A DNA stretch of 64,000 bases, taken from the human T2T-CHM13v2.0 reference genome, Homo sapiens. The DNA lies in the NCBI RefSeq assembly GCF_009914755.1, contig NC_060935.1, one strand, 5' to 3'. Below are positions 42,851 to 58,746 of the stretch, piece after piece (positions within the stretch are counted from its first letter, which is position 1; every line of letters starts with the position of its first letter). The notes beneath the pieces were generated by a model that was not told the origin of the DNA, ran no database searches, and saw only the letters and a list, made by a program, of their open reading frames with translations. The position numbers and the translations under genes were made by a program.

Positions 42851-45499
42851 CGCCTTAGAGTTCTTTGAACTTCACAAGCTTCCGTCTGCTGATTTTGCAC
42901 ATTTCTGTTTCTTCTGCCCCGCCCCTCATCTCCTTAAGCATGTCATTTAATTGAATTGAATCTTGATGGATATCATTAATTTAATATATTAACAGTAAAG
43001 AATAGAAACAGGGAAAGCATTTAATGGTTTTGTCAACTACAGTGAATATAACTGTTCCTCTTAATTTAATATGTGGCTTTGGTCCTGTATTCCCTCCTTA
43101 TCTATAATGGAAGTAGGAAGCGTTTGGGCTCCTGTCTTCTGTACTTTTGGAAACTGGCCAATGAACTGCTTACCAGATCTAATGACCAAATCTAATTAAC
43201 TCCCACAAAACCCATAGCTAAGCTAATCTCCATATTCTCAAAATAGAACATGTAAATCTCTGATTCAAACTCTGTGCTCATGTTGATCTGGAGCCCTAAA
43301 GCCCTTTGCTCTCTGCCTATTGAAATACTGCCTATTTAAAAGTTCTAACTGAAGTTCCAGCTCTTCAGTCAAGTTTTTCTCAATTAATTCTATCCACATT
43401 GATTTCTTATTAGGAGAACACTGTAGTTCTCTTTCCTGCACAACTCATTTTAGAATTTATCTACACACTGCCTTTCACTGTTATTTAAAGTCTGCATGTG
43501 TATCTTTTATCTCTTAATAGATTGTAAGCTTCTGTTGAGGACTTTAGCACAATACAAAGTGTTTTACAAATACCTGTTGAATGAATGGTGTAATAGTCTG
43601 TTTTGGCCTTGTAGACCTTATTTACCGAGTGAAGCCAACAGGAGAACACTGCCAGGTTAAGTAGTCTGAGGTACTTCTTTGTTCAGTTTTTGAAAGGAGT
43701 TTTCTGTTGGTTTACTCTTCACGAGATAAACATGAACGAGGAAATACTAACTGAATCAAGGGAGAAAATTGGCTTCCTCCAGTATACTGAGCAGTTTTTG
43801 AGTGCTTACTGGTAGTTACCACCATACAATTACTTTTTCTTCTAACTCCCACACCTCCCTTCACATAACCTTTTCAGAATATAATGGTAAATAAGAACAT
43901 ATGCATTTAACCTGGGTAACTTGTTCTCCAGGACTTTTATGGCATTTGGTGCTCATCTCTGAAGGATAATATTTTCTTGGTCTGGCAGCATGGAATATGG
44001 AATGGCAAATGAATTTGCTTAAGAGTCCTTGGGTTATTTATGAGTACAATAAGGCCTTAACTACATTTTTTCCTCTGGAATCACAGGTGTGATTAATGAA
44101 AGTTATTCACTATTCCTACATTCTTTAGAACTATTTCTTATATTCATCCATGTGGTCATGTGCAGTAAATGGCACAAAGATCTTAGGGTGATCACCTCGT
44201 CAGACAATTTGGGCACTGTTCAAACAATTAAACCGGCAGTTAGCAGATTCTGGCCTGGTAATTAAATTACCCAGGGTCTTTATTTACAGATTTCTGCTTC
44301 TTGATATGCTGTGTCTTTCTAGGCTGAGCATATGCCTGGGGTTTATTGATTCATTTCCTGTCTTTCTCTTTCAGTGGTAACATACTAGGATGCCAGCTGT
44401 GGTAATTGAAAAAGGGCTTTGTTTTAGCCAAAATACCTTTGGACACTGGTTACTTAGAGAACCTGAGGGACAGTTTTTGTGGTCTTTGGTTAATATCTTC
44501 ACAGCCTGAAGGTAGTACTAGGAAAGTAGTTCGTTTGTTTTCTACTACAAGTTTAAATAAATTTTGAAGGTTTTTCGCACTTTATTTTGCCAGTATGAAC
44601 CTAAGTTTTAATTCTTTTTTTTTTCCACTTATTATTAACCAGCGTCCCAGGTCAGTATTGCTTAAATCTGTCCTTACTTCTCCAACATCTTCTATCATGG
44701 CTTTAATTCAGATTGCCATCATTTCTCACTTGAATCACTTCAACACCTAAGTCCTTTTTGCCTCCAGACTTGTCCCTCTTCTAATCCATCCTCCATATTA
44801 CTATCAAATTGATCTTTCTGTAATACAGATCTGATTCTTGTCATTTTTCTGCTTAAAATATTTCTGTGTCTTCCCATTGCCCTCATTATAAAATCAAGTT
44901 AGTGTGGAATTGGTATAATGATCTGCCCCGTCTTCCTTTCCAATCACATTCCGGGCACATGTTGTATGGGTTTTATTGACTGAACATGATCTGCTATGCA
45001 GATTTACAGACAAACTTTGCTTCACATGTGTGAGGATGGTAGATGTTAACATAGAAAGATATTAAATTGGTGTGTACTTCAGAAGGGTTATGCAAATGTT
45101 GAATGCATGCAGATGAAATTAGACTATCCTTGGCTGTAAGATGTAGGATCTTTCCTTTTGAATTTTTATTAGATATGTATAATAGTTATCTTTGAAGAGG
45201 TCAGATCTAATTGGATTATTTATAAATCTTTCTAGTTAACTTGTAGAGAGACTAGTAACCACATGAAAGAGCCAGCATGATTCATGATTCAGAAAATTGT
45301 TATTGTTCTCCCTCCCACCTTTGTTTAAATTGGGTCGGACATTAAAAGAAAAGTCAGGAGTAAGCTGTGTGTGGTAGTCCTAGTTCCGCCATTGACTTCT
45401 ACTATAAACATCCTTGATTAAGCCACATAATGTTTCTGAACCTCAGTGTGTTCTAAAAATGAAAAGGGTATATGAGTTTAGTAAGTGATTTATGTGCTG

Positions 45500-45672
45500 G
45501 GGAAAAAAGAAAGAAAGAGAAAGAGAAAAGAGAAGAGAAGGGAAGGGAGGGAAGAAAGGGAGAAAGGAAGGAAGGAGGGAGGGAGGGGGGAGGAAGGAAG
45601 GAAGGGAGGGAGGGAGGGAGGGAAATGAGTAAGGAGGGAGAGAGGGCAGAGGGAGGGAGGGAGGGAGGGAAA
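45500..45672. repeat. GA-rich polypurine tract (GGAA/GGGA)n
   Basis: About 170 nt almost entirely purine. Confidence 0.95.
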
Positions 45673-47450
45673 TGAGTAACTTGACCACTGCTCTAGTGGA
45701 GTTCACAGTCAACTTTCTACGCCTAAATAGTTGTCTGTAAATCGAAGGAAATAAAGTTAAGTTTTTCAACATGGATTTGAAGAATGGAATGGATCTGTCA
45801 GAGATGATTAAATAAATTGTTTTTAAACTTCATATGTTTGGAAATACAAGCATAAGAAGCCTTAATAAAATAGACAAGTTTCTGAAATGCAGTCCATTTT
45901 TCCTGGTAACCTCCATTTTAGATTTCAGCTATCTCCTGCTGATTATTGGCAGCCTGCCGTTAGTTATGGTTCAAAGCTGACATTCTGTACTGTGAGCAGT
46001 GAGCTGCTCCCATGTCTGGCAGCTGCAGTTGTAGCTAGGCTACAGTGAAGGGAGAGAGAGAAGCATCAGCTATTCTGATCTTGGCCATAACCATACCCAA
46101 CTGAATTCTATTAATGTGAGGATTTTGGCAGTCTGTGTTTCATTTGTTCCCTAGTTTTCTGTTTCTTTCAGGATGAATTTCTATTAAGTGAATCATTGTA
46201 TTAAGGAATTTCAGTAAGATTAAATTAATTCAGAAAAAGCTAATTCTTTGTTTGTGAAAGGGGATAACCAGAGGTAGATTTTATCTGCTAATTACGGTGA
46301 TAAAAGAGGTAGATTTCCTACTTAAAATAAAATGGGAAAAACCATAGTCCACATAGGGAGGATCTTTTCTTCTCGCTTTGGTGAATGTCTTTCTGCTTTC
46401 AGAAAGAGGTCTCCAAGTGAGATAGCTGAAGACCTTTTATTTCTGTTGTATTTATTTTCTTGTATTTCTGAAAATGCCTTTGTTTTACTCTCATATGTGA
46501 ATAGTCTAATTATTGCTACTGCTCCATTACCCACTTTTGTAAAAGTATTCTTTTATTTCTATCAGAGCAATACATTATTTATTGAGGGCCTGTTATGTGT
46601 CACACATGGTACTAGGTGCTAAGAAATCATCAGTTAACAAAGTCTCTGCCTTCTTTGAGTTTATACTTTAGTGAGAGTGTTTTAAGTTGTGGGATTAAAA
46701 GAAAATATGTGATGTCAGTGTTTCAAAGACAAATAAGGAAGGTAAGATGGATAGGAAGGCCAGGGGAGGGTAAAGATGTGTTCTTTTATCAAAGATGATC
46801 AGGGAAAGCCTCTCTTATACATACTTCAGCAAAAACCTGAAGAAAGGATACATAAATATTGTGAGATCTTACACGTCTTAAGATGCTGTTTCTCTACCAT
46901 AATACAGAGTAGTTTGTCTGGGAATAGAATTTTAACTTGGAAATAATTTTCTTTCAGAATAATGAGGATATTGTTCCATTGTCTTGGAATTTCCAGGGTT
47001 GCTTTTGAAAAACTTAAAGCGATTCAATTCCTGATCCTTTGTTGTGAGTTACTGTTTTCTGTCTGTAAGCTTATAAGATCTTCTTTTTGTCCTCAGTGTT
47101 CTGTAATTTTCCAATGATGTGCTTTGGTGTGGGTCTATTTCAATTTGTGGTGCTAGGCTATCTGGGAAATTGCCTTGAATTATTTAGTAGATGATTTATT
47201 TCCCTACTTTTCTCTGTATTCTCTTTCAAAATGCCTTTTATTCAGATATTAGGCTTTCTGAACTGGCTTTCTAATTTTCTTTTTTTTCTTTTTTATTTTT
47301 TTGTTCTCCTATTTACCATGTCTTTGTCTTGTTGTTCTGCTTCCTGAGGGATTTCATAAACTTTATCTTTTAACCTTTGTTTTGCTACCACATTTTAATA
47401 TCTATGAGTTTATTTTGTTCCCTAGTTATTTCTTTTAAAATAACACTCTT

Positions 47451-47927
<477 letters not shown>

Positions 47928-50885
47928 TATAATATCTTTATTAAATCTCTCTCAGAACAACAATAATTTTGTTAAATTTTCATTTCTTTGTATACTCTTT
48001 ATCTTTCATTTGTATTTCATTTCTTCGTGTAGTCTTTCTTCTCTGTGATTTGTTTTTTCCTGTTGGTGTGTTTGTTTTAGTGTATATATTACGTGTTAGA
48101 GTTTATTTAGGTGATTACTACGTATATTTGTTTGTCAATTCCTATTTAAGAGCAGGGAACCAAGAAGCTAATTGGAAACTGAGCCAGTAGAAGGGATTTT
48201 TTCACTGCTAGGGTGATCTGACTGTGTTCTTATATTGGGGATTTCCAATGTTTGTATCTTTACACTTGAGTTGATGGATTACCAAGAGAAGATTCTTTGT
48301 CTTCTACCCATAAGGTAAAGCCTGGTTGCCATAGTTTTGGCCTTATGGATGAGGAATGCTAACGCATGTCAGTATCCGGTATGCATGTTTACTTAAGCTT
48401 TCTGTTTTCAACTGCACCTAGGGTTCTTAGGTCTGGAGACCCTTCATTTTAGTCTCTCCTTGAGAGGATAAGCCTCTAGATTTCTACTGGGGTAGAAATC
48501 AGGGCACTCACCCAGTCCATAAAATGAAGGGAGGAGATTTGGGGATTGAATTATTTTTTAAACCATCTTCACCTGATCATCCTTATTTTAGCTTCATTTT
48601 ACACCAACTTCCAGTTTCTTGTGCCATCAGTTCCTGAGTCTTTGGGGCATTCTACTATGTAAATTATATTGATTCAAGGCATTTTCCATTGCTGAGGCTT
48701 CAAGTTTCTCAAGTCAGTTGAGCTGGTATTTCAACAGTGAGATTTTTTTTGTTTCCAAGTTCTTTAGTTTGTTCTTTTTCCTGTTTCCTGTTCTATTCTG
48801 TAAAATATATGTGATATAGTCTCTTATCTCTGGGAAGATAGTAAACATATATATTTATCTCTAGATGTTCCTTTTTTCTTATGTTTTTCTTTAAATACTT
48901 GAACATAGTTGTAATAACTATTTTAACATCATCTTATAATTCCATAATCTATAAATTCTAGGTCTATTTCTGTTGTCCTTCTCCTGCTTATAGGTAATAT
49001 TTTCCTGCTTCTTGGTATGTTTAATTTTTTGTTGTTGTTGTTTTTTTGTTTTGTTTTGTTTTGGATGCTAGTCATTGTGAGCTTTACATTGCCAAGTTTC
49101 TGGATTTTGTTATCTTCCTGAAACAGTGTTGAGCTTTAGTGGGCAGCAGTTAAGTTACTTATAGTTTGGCTTGATCTTTTCAAGTTTTGTTAGTGTTGGG
49201 GTTGCAGTAGCCCTATGCTAGTTGTGGTCCTTCTAAGGTTTCTACTGAATGCCTTGAATGATCAGTAAACAGTCTCCAGTTTGGCTGAAAGAAGTTTAAA
49301 TGGTCCTCAGACCTATATGAGCTCTGGGAACCATTCAGCTCACAACACCTTGTCATTCTTTGCCAAACCTTATAGAACTTCATCCTAGGCACATATTTCT
49401 TAGTATCTAGCAAAGACTTAATAGCAGATTTCTGAGCCTTTATTATTATTTTTTTTCTGCATAGTCCCTCTTCTCCAGAAATTTGCTCCACATCTTCTGG
49501 AAACCTTAGACTTCTGGAATTCTAATTTCTGTCTCCTTTACTCAGGAAAACAGCCATGGCATGCTTGGGATGCCTGTGCCTGCTCAGAAATCCAGAATTT
49601 GCCTTCAGGCAGAAAGCCAGGAGATCATAAGCCTCACCTGATTTTATTTTTGCCAGTTTTCTGGTTGTTTTAAAAGAAGGTTAAATCCGATTCATGTTAC
49701 AACATCATGGCCAGAAGCATAAGTCAAACATGCTTATTTTAAAATCCTATTCCATTTATTTGTTAACCCTTTTTCTTTAGATGTGTACCTCATTTGCTGA
49801 AGTTGTTTTCTGCCTTAAATGAGATTCACATTCCTCAAGAGTCTGCCCATCCTTTGATTGTATATGCATCTTTCTCATTGAAATTCATTGTTATACTCTC
49901 TCCTGCTTCTGTTTAGGCAGTCTGCTTGGGAAGGGGACTAAGACTTGCCATGGGAGTTTTGACTCAGGATTTTCAGTGAAAGTAGAGGAGTGTGTAGAAA
50001 GTATTTCTGGGCTGGATATCCTGGAGACTGCTCTACTAGGAATGAATGCTTCCTTTTTTTCCCCAGCCACCTTGGACACTGCCCTGTCTCTAAGATTTAA
50101 GATTAAATCTCTAATATTTAATACTCTCTTCAGGAGTTGTATACTCTCTGTTACTGCGCAGGGTGTGTGGCACAGGATGTGAACATGGATTGATCTGACT
50201 TGACTGCATCCCTTGTGGTATTCCAACTAATAAGACTGTTGACTGTCCCTCAGCCCTTTCCTGTTCCAATACTTCACCATTGGGCATGAAACACTTTGGG
50301 CATAGAACTCTCTTGCTGTTTTTTGTGTCTGTATATCTTAGCTTGTGATTTTCCTCTTTAGTTTGATCTAGTCTGTTGTAAATCACAAAATATTCCCAGT
50401 TGCTAGTCCATCAGTTCCTTTTGTTCTTGTGTGACTGTTAATTAATTTTCTTTCATTTCCAGGAATTGATGTAGGAGAGAAAACTAGCTGGTTCCCAGTC
50501 TGCTATCTTGAAACAGGCAGAATAATCTCTTTTGCCCTGCCTATGCACAATCATTTTAAGATAGATTTGCTTTTCATTAAATATTGGGGGTTCTTAAAAT
50601 GTAAATATCCAGCTTTGTTCTTAAAATGTAAACATAAAATAACATTTAATGTTTAAATGTTAAACATTAAATAGTATAACATTTTCTCTTTGTTTCTTTA
50701 TCCCATTATGAACCATTTATTTGGCCCTTCATTCAAGAAATAATGACTGGGTTTCCTGTCTTGGTATTTGAGGAGGAGGGTACTATCTAAGGGAGAATTA
50801 AAAACACTTAGAACTATGCTATACTATGCTATAAGTGCTACGGGAAACTATGAGAAAAGTTCTTTAGAAAGTCAGAAGAAACAGG

Positions 50886-51121
<236 letters not shown>

Positions 51122-51676
51122 GCAAATATAGTATTTGTAGGCATAAAGTTACAAACTCGGTGCCAGTATAGCATCTGGTAAAGGCCTCAGTGAACTAATG
51201 GCGAAATTTACCTCCTTTTTAGTCCTCACCCTCTTTAACTTCACTGCAGCAACTTGACTCTTAGCATGCATTCTCTTTTTTTCTTGGAAATTGCCTTTTG
51301 TGACTGTTTTCTTTTCCTACTTTTAAGACCATTGTCTATCTCATTTTCCTGTCCTGTAAGAGAAGGAGTTCTATGCATTCCCTCACTGAGCTCTGTATTC
51401 CCAAGGCTTCAGGCCTCTAGGCAGATGAACCTCAAATCCATAACCTGAGCCTTTACGTTTCCCTAAATTCCAGGTCCCTACTTACTGACTTGTTGAAAAG
51501 AAAATTACAAACTGGGCACATTACCTTCTTCTCCTCCTAAATAAGCTCTTCCCATATTCAAAATTCTGTTAGCAGTTTGACCATTCATTCTTCTTCTGAC
51601 CCTGAATTACCTTGGACTCATTCTTTTTTATATCTAATTAGTTGCTTAGTCTTACAGATTTTTCTTTGAAATATCT

Positions 51677-51731
51677 TATTTTCTGCTTTTGTTTACTTTA
51701 TATTTTCTGCTTTTGTTTACTTTATATTTTC
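51677..51731. repeat. Perfect 24-bp tandem duplication
   Basis: tattttctgcttttgtttacttta twice, followed by tattttc. Confidence 0.97.
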
Positions 51732-52254
51732 ATTGCCTTAACCCTAATTTAGTCCCTCATTAATTCATTTTCAGCTCATGATTAGGATCCCAAGTGGTTT
51801 CTTGCCTCTTTATTTCCCTTATCAGTCTTTCCTGTGCACAGATTTTCACTTTATTTCTTAAAAATCTTCTGCAGTTCCTCCTTGCCTACCAACTTCTTTG
51901 GCACTTAAGACCTTTTATAGTGTAGACCTAGCTCTTTTTTCCAATTTCATTTCCTGTTATTCCCTATGTGTACCGTATGAGAGACAATGGGCTTTGGAAT
52001 CACAGACTGGGATTCTTGTCCCAGCTCAGCCATTATTTAACTGTGTGCATAAGTAACTTTGGAAGAGTCGCTTACCTTTTCTGAGTCTCAGGTTCTCATT
52101 TGTAAAATAGTTGATGTATGAATAAGGTAAACTAAAATTTCTGGTACTACAGTACCAGACTTAGTAAATGTTAATCTCTTCTTTCACTTTCCTCAGGTCA
52201 GTTTGGTTGCCCTGTTCTTGGAATGCTCCATGTTTTCCTACACTTTTGCCATCA

Positions 52255-53104
52255 CCCTTCTGAACGGTTTTTCACTCCCAGCACTTCTGACACCAAATGC
52301 GGAGGGTGGAGGGGCTCCCTCCACACCAACCAATTTTCCAGTACCAACTGAGTGTCCTAGAATTCATTTCAATTCTGATACTAACTACGCAGAGCTAGCC
52401 TCAGATGTGATAGGTTTAAGGGCTCATTCCCACAAGACTGCCCTCACATCAGAGGCCAGTTGCAAGTAGCAGGTTTCCAGGTTACCCACACCTTCCGTCC
52501 CACTTGACTACAAAGTTGGGAATTCCCATGACTCTCTACTCAGGTTCTATAATTTGCTAGCACGTCTCACAGAACCTAGGAAAACAGTTTACTTACATGC
52601 ACTGGTTTATTATAAAGAATACAACTCAGAAACAGCCAAACGGAAGAAATACATAGAGCAAGGTATAGGGGGAGGGCAGAGCTTCCATGCCTCTGGGATG
52701 CCACCCTCCCAGCACCTCAGTGTGTTCAACAACTTGGAACCTCTCCAAAACCTGTCTGTGGGGTATTTATGGAGGTCTCATTACATAGGCATGATTGAGT
52801 ACATCATTGGCCTTTGATGATTAACTCAATCTCCAACCCCCATCCCCTCTCTAGATTCCCAGAGGTGGAACTGAAGGTACCAACCCGCTAGTCACATGGT
52901 TGGTTCCTCTAGCAACCAGTGTCCATCCTGAAGTGTCTGGGGACTCACCACTAGTCACCTCATTAGCATAAACTCTAGTGTGGTTGAAAGGGGCTTGTTA
53001 CAAGTAACAAAAGATATTCCTGTCACTTAGGAATACCATAGGTTTTAGAAGCTCTCTGTTTGGAAGTGGAGACAAAGACCAAATATAGATTCTTATTGTT
53101 GCAA
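52255..53104. mobile_element. MER21-family LTR
   Basis: acttctgacaccaaatg, aagggctcattcccacaagactgccc, ctggtttattataaag, gtcacctcattagcataaact, gacaaagaccaaatata. Confidence 0.8.
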
Positions 53105-53442
53105 CTCTATAATTCCCTCACCCTTATTTTCACCAGGCAAAATTTCTTCGTTTTTTTTATAGCTCAGTTCAGATTTCACTTTATTTGTGAAACCTTCTCA
53201 TCTGTCCGCTAGTTAAAAGAGGCCTTTCTTTCATTCTCATGGTTTTGTCTATTGTAAAGTACTATTATTATTGGTTTATGTATCTTTCTTCAACCCACTG
53301 TGATTTTCTTGAGGGCAGGATCTATTTCTTATTCATTTACTATATCCTCAACCCCTAGTAAAGTGCTTTTGCACATCCTAGGCATTAAGTAACTAAATGA
53401 TGAGTAGGATTTGTTTTGCTTTAAAAATTTATTATATTTTAG

Positions 53443-53643
53443 GGAAGGGAACAACACACACCAGGGCCTGTTGGAAGGTTGGGGGCGAGGGGAGGGAGAG
53501 TATCAGGACAAATAGCTAATGCATGCAGGGCTTAAAACCTAGATGATGGGTTGATAAATGCAGCAAACCACCATGGCACACGTATACCTATGTAACAAAC
53601 CTGTACGTTCTGCCATTGTATCCCAGAACTTAAAAAAAAAAAA
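53443..53643 (+). mobile_element. L1PA (L1PA7-10-like) 3' end
   Basis: ggacaaatagctaatgcatgcagggcttaaaacctagatgatgggttga...cccagaacttaaaaa. Confidence 0.9.
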
Positions 53644-53695
53644 GTTAATTATATTTGAAAATGTAGAGTAGACAGGCAATCATTGCAAATGTATA

Positions 53696-54511
<816 letters not shown>

Positions 54512-55299
54512 TTATTTTCCTGAAAGGAGTAAAGCCAAAGGAAACTTTTTTTACATTTAAAAAAAAAGGTTTTTTTCAAATGTAAAATTTGAAAAAATTG
54601 TGGCCGTAAAATACAGCCACAGGCACGTATCTCGTTTTCTGAGTGACTGCATCCCACCTTTCAACTGCTTAAGCTTTATTATCATTACTAGTTTTGGAAA
54701 ATTTAAATTTGCTTGTAATGTAACTGCTACAGTTACCTGTTAGTTTATTTCTCATCTTATATTCTAAACATACAGTATGTCTCATACTGCAAAACAAAGG
54801 AATCTGAAGAAGAGGAAAACTAAAAAGCTCAGAAACTGTTATGAAGTTTTGCTGCCACGTTGTATGAGGAATTTGATTTGCAAGTTTTTAAACTAACACA
54901 CTTAAAAGCTCTTTATTCTTCACATATATATACATAGGTTTCCATAGTTGGAATCTCATATATAAGTTATTATGTATCCATTTTTTATATATAACATAAG
55001 CATTTTTTGAGTCACTGAGTAACGCAGTTGTCCTTCTGCTAAACTCCTGGCTGAAGTTACTAATGGGCTGGGATTTTCATTTATTCTTCTAGTAATTCAA
55101 CAAATACTTGTTCAGAGCCTGTCGAGTGTCAAGCATTGTTTCAGTCACTGTTCATGTGCAAAGAGTAGAGCAGGGGACAAGTCAGGCCAACTCCCAGCTC
55201 TCATGGAGGTATAATAGAGACTGAGGGAAGATGTTAAACAAGTAAACATAAGCAAGAAAATTTCAGGTAGCAACAAGTGCTGTGGAGATAACACATGGA

Positions 55300-56205
55300 T
55301 ATGGATCAACAGGTACTCTTACATACTACTGGTGACATATAAATTATTAAGTAAAATGAAAAGCAAATATATCCTATGACCCTGAAGTTTTACCCTATTT
55401 CATGTACATATAAGCCAGATGCACCTAAAAGAACATTCATAGCAGTGTTATTTTCAATAGTTCAAAACTGGAAACAACAAAATGTCCATCAACAGTAGAA
55501 TGGCTCAATACTTTGTAGTATAGTCATACAATACAGCAACAAAAGCCAGTGTACTACACTCAATGTGAATGACTCGTAAAAACATATTGTTGAGGGAAGG
55601 AAAGCAGACACAGAAGAATACCTTCTATGTATGTAAAATCCAAAACTAAGGTATGTAGTTTAGGACTATGTGCGTAGTAAAATTACTTTTAAAAAACAAA
55701 AAACAGGCCAGGCACAGTGGCTTATGCCTGTAATCCCAGCACTTTGGGAGGCCAAGGTGGGTGGATCACCTGAGGTTGGGAGTTCGAGACCAGCCTGACC
55801 AATGTGGAGAAACCAAATCTCTACTAAAAACATTAGCCAGGCATGGTGGCGCATGCCTGTAATCCCAGCTACTTGAGAGGCTAAGGGAGGAGAATCACTT
55901 GAACCCAGGAGGCGGAGGTTGCAATGAGCCGAGATGATGCCATTGCGCCCTAGCCTGGGCAACAAGAGCAAGAAAAAAAAAAAAGACAAAGAAGCAACTA
56001 CCATAAAATCAGAATAGGACTCCCTGTGGGGGCGAGAGGGAGGAAGTTGTGATTAGAAAGGGAAGTATGGGGGAGGTGCTTCTGGAGTTCTGGTAATTTT
56101 TTATTTCTTGACCTTCATGGTGGTTATGTAGGTATTTATAATAATTCACTAAACTGCACATTTATGTTTTAGACACTTTCATTTGTGTTTTATATTTCAA
56201 ACAAA
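55300..56205 (+). mobile_element. L1ME-like 3' end interrupted by AluSp (55706-55983)
   Basis: ttcatagcagtgttatt...aaaactggaaacaacaaaatgtccatcaacagtagaatgg; Sp-type cagcctgaccaatgtggagaaacc. Confidence 0.75.
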
Positions 56206-56269
56206 AGCAGTGTGATGATAGCATTAAGTATAGTTTTAGTGCATGTGCGCGCACATGAGTGTATGTGTA

Positions 56270-57480
<1,211 letters not shown>

Positions 57481-57591
57481 AAAGTTTTATTACAGATTTC
57501 CCTCCAGACATATGACAGATTAAATCATCAATCAGATTTTTTTATTTGAGTACTAGATTTAGATACAGTTAGCCAAAATACCCCTTTTTTC

Positions 57592-58082
<491 letters not shown>

Positions 58083-58409
58083 TTACTTTTTTTCTATTTA
58101 TAGATGAAAATAAGTCTGCAGTCTCAAAAATGGAGTATTCCATTTTTATCATATAGTAAATGAAATTTCTCTTTCTAAATCAAATGCAGCTGGAAAAAGA
58201 ATTACCCTTGGAATTAGGGAATCTGTAATGTTAAAAAATAAGTTGTTTAAGGATGAGCTTGCAGTCAAAAAAAGAAAAAATAAAGAAAAAATAAAAATAA
58301 GTAATTAAGAGATTTTAAAACATAGTTGTAGAATACTATGCATGGTATGATTTCATTTGGGTTTTTAAATATATTATTACTATTTACTATTTAAAGCAGT
58401 TTATTTTAA

Positions 58410-58746
58410 TGCCTTAGTTCTCTTGAGCTGCTATAACAAAATACCTTAAACTGGGTAACATAAGCAACAGAAATTTATTTCTCGCAGTTCTGGAGGCTTG
58501 GAAATCCTAGATCAAGGTGCCAATGGTGTCTGGTAAGGACCCACTTTCTCAGATGGCACCTTCTCACTGCATCCTCACACGGTGAGGGGACAAGTTAGCT
58601 CTCTTGGGTCTCTTTTAATGGGCACTAATCCTGAACAGTGCCCTCATGACCTAATCATCTCCCAAAGGCCACACCTCCTAATATATCACATCAGGGATTA
58701 GATTTCAACGTATTAATTTTGGGGAAACACAAACAAGACCATAGCA
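58410..58746 (-). mobile_element. MaLR solo LTR (MST/MLT1A-like)
   Basis: gctgctataacaaaatacc...agaaatttatttctcgcagttctggaggct...gacctaatcatctcccaaaggcc...ccatagca. Confidence 0.85.

Noticed and set aside
49891-50386. Cluster of 68-111 aa ORFs in less obviously repetitive sequence
   Set aside because: No recognisable domain or exon structure; probably decayed L1/HAL1-type sequence, which a Dfam/BLASTX search would settle
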